Source: Phoronis australis (taxonomy: Eukaryota; Animalia; Phoronida). From it: 59,340 nucleotides of DNA. Positions 51,203-59,340 of the stretch are shown here, one piece after another; the first letter of the stretch is position 1, and each line of letters opens with the position of its first letter. The notes under the pieces are model-generated. The model searched no databases, was not told where the DNA came from, and worked only from the letters and a program-made list of their open reading frames with translations. The position numbers and the translations under genes were made by a program. The stretch lies in contig NMRA01000787.1 in assembly GCA_002633005.1 (NCBI GenBank), positions 85,250 through 144,589 on the forward strand, written 5' to 3'.

Positions 51203-53664
51203 GTAGTTTCTTTACCACAAAATTTCCGGTAATGGGGTGATATAGAGTGCCCGAATTTTGAGATCCAATTTTCTCCACTGAATAACGGGCTTCAAACTGG
51301 TTCTCAAAATACGGGCACGTTATGTCAGACTTATTGCCAAATTTCCTAAGGTTAAAATCTCACCAATTTGGGACACAACGTGGCATACAAGTGAAATTTT
51401 TTCATCTTTTACTTTAAAGGTAAGTAGCACAAAATAGATCAACATCGTCAGTTTTGAGTTCTATACCATAGCTGCCATGGGACGACGGTTTGAGAACTCA
51501 TGGCATTCACAACAATGTTAGAAATGTTTGAAAAATGGAAACCGGCCACTTGTGGCTGTTATTTTTGTCTAGTTTGAAGACGGTAGTTTTTTAATTTTTT
51601 TGGTACTAGTGGTTTTAAATACTAACTGTGTAAGACCCTGATACCTGCTGAGTGCATTCTGACGCACTCCAACCACAAGACCGATAAATGAAGGAGTAAA
51701 AGGAAAAGATAACAGTTGTTAGACTCATTGGTCAAAGGTTGATATAGGCATAGCTTTTAAACTGGAGGTACAACGAACATTTCACAACTGTTGCAGCTTG
51801 ACAACGCTAAAACTCCTCTGTTTGGGACAGACCATGGCGGACAAGGAAAATTTCATTTTGTCAAACTTCTCAACAAAAATAACTTTTAGCAAAGTTTGCA
51901 TGGTGTGACTATCACCAAACTACATTTGGTAAAATTTTGTGCATTTGCAACAAAGTGGCAAGACTGAAAAATGGAACGGCAATAACAAACCTCTACCCAA
52001 AAGTTAAGAGGAATTGTCCAACTTTATGTAATATTTCTACGAACCAAATACATCTTCACATAAAGGTCAATCATCATTTTAATTAAATTAAATAACGAGA
52101 GTGTGTACATTTTGGTAAAATCAATTATAATGTATTTTCAATGGTAATTTTAATGAAGTTAAAAGTCTAATTCAATATTGCTTTAAAAGTGAATCACCTC
52201 GCGCAAGGAAGGTGAGTGATACACATCCAAACTAGCACATGTACATTGCTGTATGGAAAACCATTCCCTACATATTAGCAGATTCAGATTCAGGGTGGGG
52301 ATTTCAGATTCACCATGAAAATCTGATTCAAGTCGTGATTTCCAGAATCACAGCAGGGATTCCGGAATCACTAGAGTGATTTACAGAATATCTGAAATTA
52401 ATTTGGTGATTTTGAGAATCAAAAACAGCAAGGTGTCTAAAATAACTGCAAGAATGTTTTGAGCCAACGAGAAAGTTTTTAGTGGTACTCAGCATTCAGC
52501 AAGAACGCCAGCTAGTAGAAGTCATTATAAACGTAATTAACAAAATGTGGGCATGTCCAGGCAAGGTTTCAAGTCAGAAGTCTATAGTCGGCCTTAGAAA
52601 TGGCAATTATTTCACCAACGAGAGCAATGCAAACATTCAAAATGGCTGACGTTTACATACAGTTTTTGTAAATAAACTTTCCTCAACAAAACGAAGTATG
52701 CAGTTTGCTCAGGAACTTTGACCGTCTGGAGTAGGTGTGGTGGCTGCTCAGCAAGGTCTATCGTGACAAATTTGTGTTACGAAAAATGAGGTTACCGTAC
52801 TCAATAGGAGACTAAAATTTCCACGAATATTAAAATGAAGACAGAAGATCTGTCAATTCACCAAAACACCTGGTACCCACCTCAATAATGAGTAAAGAAC
52901 AAATGTGAGGGGGTAATTTAAACAATATTATAAAATATCAAGAAACCTCTCACAAACAGAAACTCCAAATCTTTGGTACGCATGTAGTTCAAACATAATA
53001 CCTAGCTTATAGTGTCTTTTCCCACTGTAAGGTGTGTATCCTTTACTCATTTTTCAGATAAGCAATATTTGACACCACCCAGAAACAAGAGATATGGTTT
53101 ATCATTCATTCAACACAAATTTAGCCAGATATTGCCAACGTGACAGTGAAAACTCCCAAGAGCATAAAAACGACTTCAGGTTTATCCCCAGAAGAGTGTT
53201 CAGTTAGGCCTGGCTGTTTTGGACAGAATAGAAAACATCTGATATGCTTGCCACATTGTGTTTTGAATATCACTTTGAGCACAACAGTACCACTAAAGGT
53301 CAAATGTGATGGATGACAAGGCTTTGACTTACTAGTACATGTCACCATGACCCCTATTCAATACAACTCCTTTCAGCCTTCCGCTCTTTATTCTCTGTTC
53401 TCACAGTGACAAAACATAATGTAAAAATGCTACCACGTGCCTCATTTGATGAACTTACGTTTGAGGTCTTTCATCATGTTTTCTTAAATTTATTGCTTAA
53501 GTGTTGCTGGGACTATCTGGGAGTCCAATATCCAGTTTGTCTAAAATAAAAAAATCTGTCGAAGAAGGCTTTAAGTGCTGGTTGTGATCAAGAACACCAT
53601 GGACACGTCGACAACAATGGATTGTGTCATGGTTCAATTGTACATAAATCTATAGTCTACTTAC

Positions 53665-55420
53665 GGGTATCCAGTGCATACTCCGTCCAGCCAAGAAGTA
53701 ACCACTTGTGCTGCCTCTGTTTCGCAAAGATGACTGTAAAGCATAACAAACAACACAGATTTTAGCATTCAATAGTAAACAGAGTGGTAAGTATGTCAAA
53801 GATTATACAGCACTTTAAGTACACCAATGACGTGCAGTTTCTAAAATAAAATGTGACATATATATAACTCAAAATCTATAGTTTTGGAAAAATAAATAAA
53901 TAGACTTGTTGATAAGTTCATTACACAACCATAAGTTCATTCTTCAAAGGCGTGCCTATGGATCCACAGGGGTCTGTGTCCGGTTGCGTGAAACAGTCCC
54001 ACATAGAGTCTCAACTAAGTTCCCTAAATCTAATGCGGACTTGTGAAAACACCGATTGTCCTTTCATGCTGTTTGAATATCATTACTATGCAAATTCTTG
54101 GCTTTGACACAAATTGAGAGTAAGCTCAGGTTTTAGTTAATAATTAGAAAATGTCATAAGTCAAAGATGAGTTCATAATAAAGATAAAATGATAGAAAAA
54201 TAATTAATACACAGATCTGTTAGTAAAGGACGAACCAAACACGCAAATAGATATAGGGATTCGAACTTTGTTGAGTCCCTATTTAGGACTGTTTCATGCA
54301 ACCAGCCACTGGATTCCTTTCCCCAGCGTAGTCACTTTCAGTGGTGGATCTACAGCGGGGGGGTTGTGAGGTTTAAACCCCATATCGGGAGGCACTATAA
54401 AAAATGCAGATTGGCACATGAAATGACTCCACTGGAGCAATAAACCCAATCGTTGGAATTATAGGTCTGTTCAAAGAGTCGCTAGCTTGAACGGGCCATT
54501 GGTAGAGAAGGACTGAAATGAAATTCTTGCAGGCAAATAGTCCAAATATTCAGAAAAGTGACAACTTCTTCATTTACGCTTTTCACACCTTAGTGAATTT
54601 CTTAACTGGTGGCAGATTAAAGCTTGCTATTTCTGACAACAGAATATACGGCAGATAACCTGAATGCCAAAGTGCAAAAAGCTGGGATCACTGAAGTACT
54701 AAAAATGTTAGGCCTAACTGCTAACTTCGGAATGACAGCTTCAGCGAAAGAAATGTCCCTTAGAAGGCCTTAGATTTTTAAAGTGCTATCATGGTCATTT
54801 TTTATTTTTTACAGTTTTGCATTTGAATCGGCATAAAAGCTGCATGGGCTTTCTGTCAAAAAAATATATTGGCCACTTATTATAACTTGAACATAACTTT
54901 CCTATGATACGATAAGTTCACGCATACGCGATCTTGAGATTAAGCAAAATTCAAGTTAAAGTATATCCTATCCTAGAACTACTAGTTCTAGTAGAACTAG
55001 TATCCGTCCAGTTGTGGGAAGCCCTACACCCACACCCTAAAGATGACTGCCCCAACCCCGGTCGCTAATGTGAAGCACTGGGTGATTGACAGAATCATTC
55101 CTAATCACAGCTAGTCTCTAAGGACTTCTATTTTAAAAGATGCCCATAGACTGTAATTGTGATCCTGAGAATTGAAATTTGAGTTGCCCAACTACTTAGC
55201 ATGAACAACGAACAACGGCACCGGCAATCTCAGCATCCGACTCGCAACAAGAGCGTTAAAACGAAAAAAAATTAAGAGATGGACTTGCCGCTAATCCGAC
55301 TCCTATGACGGCCACAAAATATAAGACGATGATTAGAATATCAGCCCAATGGAGCTCTGTTCCTTCAACGGTTGAGGCGCCGTCCGGGGACGAAGGGGCC
55401 GCTGTCGTTACGTCTGCCAT
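53665..55420 (-). CDS. SLC5A sodium/glucose or myo-inositol cotransporter, exons 1-2 only
   Basis: Exon 55420-55289 MADVTT...LHWADILIIVLYFVAVIGVGLA; exon 53733-53665 SSLRNRGSTSGYFLAGRSMHWIP; classic SGLT-family N-terminus. Confidence 0.9.
53978..54307. mobile_element. MITE in SLC5A intron 1
   Basis: GGTTGCGTGAAACAGTCC (53982-53999) vs GGACTGTTTCATGCAACC (54286-54303), with further subterminal complementarity. Confidence 0.75.
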
Positions 55421-55477
55421 GTTTTAGGACGTTCTGCGGACTGCACTACTCAACGGGCGCATATCGGCAAACAACCT

Positions 55478-55487
55478 GTGACGTCAC
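55478..55487. promoter_or_regulatory. Palindromic CRE in the putative SLC5A promoter
   Basis: GTGACGTCAC ~60 bp upstream of the ATG in a CpG-rich stretch; function inferred only. Confidence 0.45.
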
Positions 55488-55769
55488 TCAGGTGAAATTT
55501 GGGTCAACTCACAGCTGACAACAACAACTTTACGTGGCTGAACCTCACGTCGGGACGCTAGGTGTCGTGATCGCTGTAACAGCTTTCGCCAACAACCTAA
55601 CCTTCTTGGTGCAAGTCCAAATATTTGTTGAATATGCATTTTCCTTCAATTTTTAACTTCGTTTTGTCTGATGATGCTTGAAAATTATTCGTATTTTAAT
55701 TTCATCTCAGCTGTACATTGCCTTTTTTACATTCCTAGTTCATAAGTATGTAAGAAAAATGGTAAGTAA

Positions 55770-56010
55770 CAGTGGCAGATCTACGATTTCAGTAAGGGGG
55801 GGGGGTTAGGATTCGAGAGAATCCGAGGCGCGTAGCGCCGAGGGGAAGGAAGGTCGCGAGAGGGTTTCCCTCCTCCCGTGTAAGATTTTTGGGTATTTTT
55901 AGTAGCTAATTTCGTTTTTCTGACGATTTTTTTCCAGTTTTTATTTTTGATCCTGTCCCGAGGGGGGGTTTAAACCCCCTGAACCCCCCCCCCCTGTAGA
56001 TCCGCCTCTG
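55770..56010. mobile_element. MITE (CAG...CTG termini, 5-bp TSD AGTAA)
   Basis: CAGTGGCAGATCTAC / GTAGATCCGCCTCTG; AGTAA at 55765-55769 and 56011-56015; related pieces at ~33115-33250 and ~54339-54385. Confidence 0.8.
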
Positions 56011-56810
56011 AGTAAAGTAGGTAAGTAATAACCGTTCAAGTCGGATCAAGATACAACCTATAAAACATAAGCACACGTGCTGGTTACCGACAAATTGATG
56101 GATATTCAGAATATGACCTTTCAAAAATGTCAAATGAAAACGAGTATATAAGTACGAGCGTATTTTCGTAAAAGGGAGGCGTATTTTCGGAAATTGTGTC
56201 AAATATTTTGTGATGCAGTTTTTGTTAAACAAGCATTATTTGATAATTTTTTTTAAATAAACACGTCCATTTTACTGTATGTTGTTGTATCTAACAAGTA
56301 AGAATTTCATTCGTCCATACGATTTGGCACTCGAGCAAACACGTAATTTAGATTAGTGCGTTAAAACTTCCCTTCATACCACGCTTACAGAAAAATCCAA
56401 CAGATTTTCGAAACATGCTAACAATTACAGAAAATCACCCCAGACGTGTACTTTTGGAAAATTTTCGAACTTTTAGGTGGCCTTTTTTGCAAATTTTAGG
56501 TGGCGATGAATTTTAAGATCGAATGAGTTTCCTAATCTACATGGACCAAGGCTGTTTATATGCTTATAAACTTTTATACAAAGGTTTTTAAATCCAACAT
56601 TCACGAGTGGTTCACACTTGGTCAGGTTTAGTAACAAAGGACAATAAGGTGAATAGTCAATGTATAAATATCACAGTGCTTTCTGAATAAGCTTACCAAG
56701 TTGGATTCCATAATTAAACTAAACCAAAGACCAGTGACAAAATAGGATTTTACATACGCGTGAAAAATCATGAACTTGGAAGATTTCTCTGAAAGGTGAC
56801 GAAGATGGAA

Positions 56811-57000
56811 GAGAACACAGACCTGCTTAGAGAACACATACCAGCTTAGAGAACACATACCAGCTTAGAGAACACATACCAGCTTAGAGAACACACACCT
56901 GCTTAGAGAACACATATCAGCTTAGAGAACACATACTTGCTTAGAGAACACATACCTGCTTAGAGAACACATACCTGCTTAGAGAACACATACCTGCTTA
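56811..57000. repeat. 19-bp minisatellite, 10 copies (GAGAACACATACCWGCTTA)
   Basis: Head-to-tail units with no spacers. Confidence 0.95.
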
Positions 57001-57996
57001 GTGACACTTTTTTAAAAATGTGTTTAATCTGTTACATGAAGGTTAATTTTTCATCAATAAAAACACCAAGAAGTTTGACAGCTCTCGAAAATATCATCAC
57101 GGGATCGTTTACTAAGAGATAATTCTCAATATTTTCAATAGGTGTTTTTGAGAAGACAATGTCCTGGAAGTTACTCTAAATTATGAAAAATTGGAATCGG
57201 AGGTTTTGATTTTACCGAAAGTCCATCCTTCAAAGAAAAAGACAAGATATCATCGTAGCCGGTCGCCTTACTCGAATTCACTTTGTTTAATATCTATCTA
57301 TAGAAAGTGAGCCTAGTACTTCCTAAGCTTGTAAGACTAGAATGCCAACCCCAGCGCGCAACCCATACATTCTTGTTTGAGAGTGACGAGAGACCAATGA
57401 TACTATGTCACGAATAACTTACGAGACGTCTATGTATAGATTCACACGAGACGCTAATAATTAACGCCAGTTATAACAAGAGCAACGTGACGCGTTGATC
57501 CTCACCTACTGTGTGCATCGTATGCAGCGCAAATACAAAAAAAAATATCACTATTTTGAACATTCCCACTAAACTAAGCAATGGCCCGTCTAACGATAAC
57601 CTGTGTGCGGTACTTATTTCTGAACAGCATTATCATTGCTAACTAAACTATTCATGTTAACACCATTTAACTGATGGTCTCCACCTTTATACAGCAACTT
57701 GTAAAAATTCCTTATTTCCAATGAGCTGGATCTGTACTTGCTTCTCCATTCGAATCAATGAAATCTTTTTATCTTTCTGTTATAAAGTTTCTCCTTTTCT
57801 AAACTGGAGCGTTTCGATAGTTTCTCACCAGGTTCACAACACCGTGCTTGTGTTCTAGTAATTGCTCCTTTCGTAATATCTTCACGCGCGTAGGTCATGT
57901 AATTCCATCGAATATTGTTTAAAGGCCTATGGTCCGAGTTATAGAAGAAAAAAACCTCTTAACGCCGTTTAAGCCGGTTTTTTGATGTGATATGGN

Positions 57997-59340
57997 TGAA
58001 CGCCAAGTGCGATGTTTTAGCATGCATCGCCGGCTGTTGAGGGCACTCATCACCCATCTAATGCATCGTACAAGAATACCGAGATGAAGCATGTCAAGTT
58101 TTGGAAGTTGAACAGAATTGTACGCATCTTCTAGATCAAGGCCAACGAGGAGAGTGTTTTCTTTGTTTTCAAAACCTTGCCATATCTCATCTGCAACAGA
58201 AGTTGCGTTGGCCCATGAATCTCTACCAGGTCGATAAGCACCCATTCCTGGGAGGAGCCAGGGTTCAATTAACTTGCGCCATGATCCTTTCAGGGATTTT
58301 CCAATGACGTTCTGCATCACTACTGATGCGATATCCCTTGAGTGCACGATGGTCTTTTCCAGTGAGGTTTTGGTACAGGAATTAAGACTGCATCTGTCCA
58401 GATGTGAGGGATGATTCCAGTGGCCAAACTGACGTTGTAGGACTCCCCAAGCTTGGCCAGGAGAAGGTCAAGCAAAGACTTGAGTGTCAGGACTCTCACG
58501 CCATCGGGGCCAGGGGCACCTTCTTTGCAAGTTTTGATAGCCTCCGCAACCTCTGCTGTAGAGAATTGACTGTCCTGTTCAGCTGTCTTGCAAAGTCCAT
58601 CTAGTTGTTGGATGAGGAGGTTTCTTTCAGATTCATCACTGTGGTCACTTTGCTGGATGAAACGCAGGAGAAAAGCCTCACCCTGTTCCCTGTCATTTCT
58701 GAGAATGGTGTTGCTTGCATTCAGTAGGATGGATCTGGGAGGAGCACGTCTCTTGTCCATGTTACGATGGAAGTCCCAGAAATCTATAGCTGTCGAGTTG
58801 GATCGGCTGCAAAGCTCATCCCATCGACGATTGGCACCCTCGGATGCTGAGCGTTTGAACAGGGCAGTGGCCCTATTTCTGGCTGTTCTGACGACCGTGA
58901 ACTCTTCCGGTGTGCAGTTTTGGCGTGCACGATCAAAATTCCGCTCCTTGAGCGCTTGTTGGCCCAGGCAGTGTCAACATCTTTATTCCACCAAGTAGGG
59001 GGGTTCTGCCTCCTGTGGTGGCATACGTGCTTATGTAAGCTTTTGGCGTGTCTGCACACTGATTTCCAGATTTTATCCCCTTCGGTATTATTGTAGGGCC
59101 GTTTATAAGTCGTTACTGGAGCCTTTAATTTGTGGTGTAGTTGAACTTCACACAAGTAGTGATCGCTTCCAGCTTGACAACTCCTACGCCACGGTCGCGA
59201 AGATTGTCGCTGCACAGAGCAAGGTCAATGCACGAGTCCTTGTCACCCGGTCCCTCAGCCATCGTAGTGGGTTCACCAGAGTTGAGAATATATAAATCTA
59301 GTTCTGGAAGGCATTCGGCGAGACCTTTACCATTTGGGTT
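57997..59340 (-). mobile_element. Non-LTR retrotransposon ORF2 fragment (APE end to RT N-terminus), frameshifted
   Basis: LNSGEPT..CIDLAL, GSDH, PTWW, APGPDGV, W..AVLIPVPKP, YRPGR, LDLEDAYNSV; cut at the single N at 57996 and running off the window. Confidence 0.88.

Overview
AT-rich eukaryotic genomic DNA with spliceosomal introns, from an invertebrate bilaterian; the species cannot be determined from the sequence. Five spliced protein-coding genes were reconstructed by hand: an effector caspase-3/7-like gene (-, 5 exons, 295 aa), an uncharacterised FYVE + armadillo-like repeat gene (+, 11 coding exons), an Emi1/Emi2 (FBXO5/FBXO43)-family APC/C inhibitor (-), POLR2K (+, with a U12-type last intron) and the first two exons of an SLC5A sodium:solute symporter (-, GC-AG first intron). 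Transposon content includes two non-autonomous Kolobok derivatives (TTAA target duplication, THAP and KolX remnants), a piggyBac-type MITE, several MITEs with 5-bp target duplications, Helentron/DINE-like arrays and two LINE fragments. There are also minisatellites and a 110-N gap. The most unusual signal is a non-coding array at ~7.8-9.4 kb of ten same-orientation stem-loops with a conserved 9-nt loop (TRCCCATCT) and stems that change in sequence but keep pairing. All coordinates were counted by eye and may be off by a few bases.
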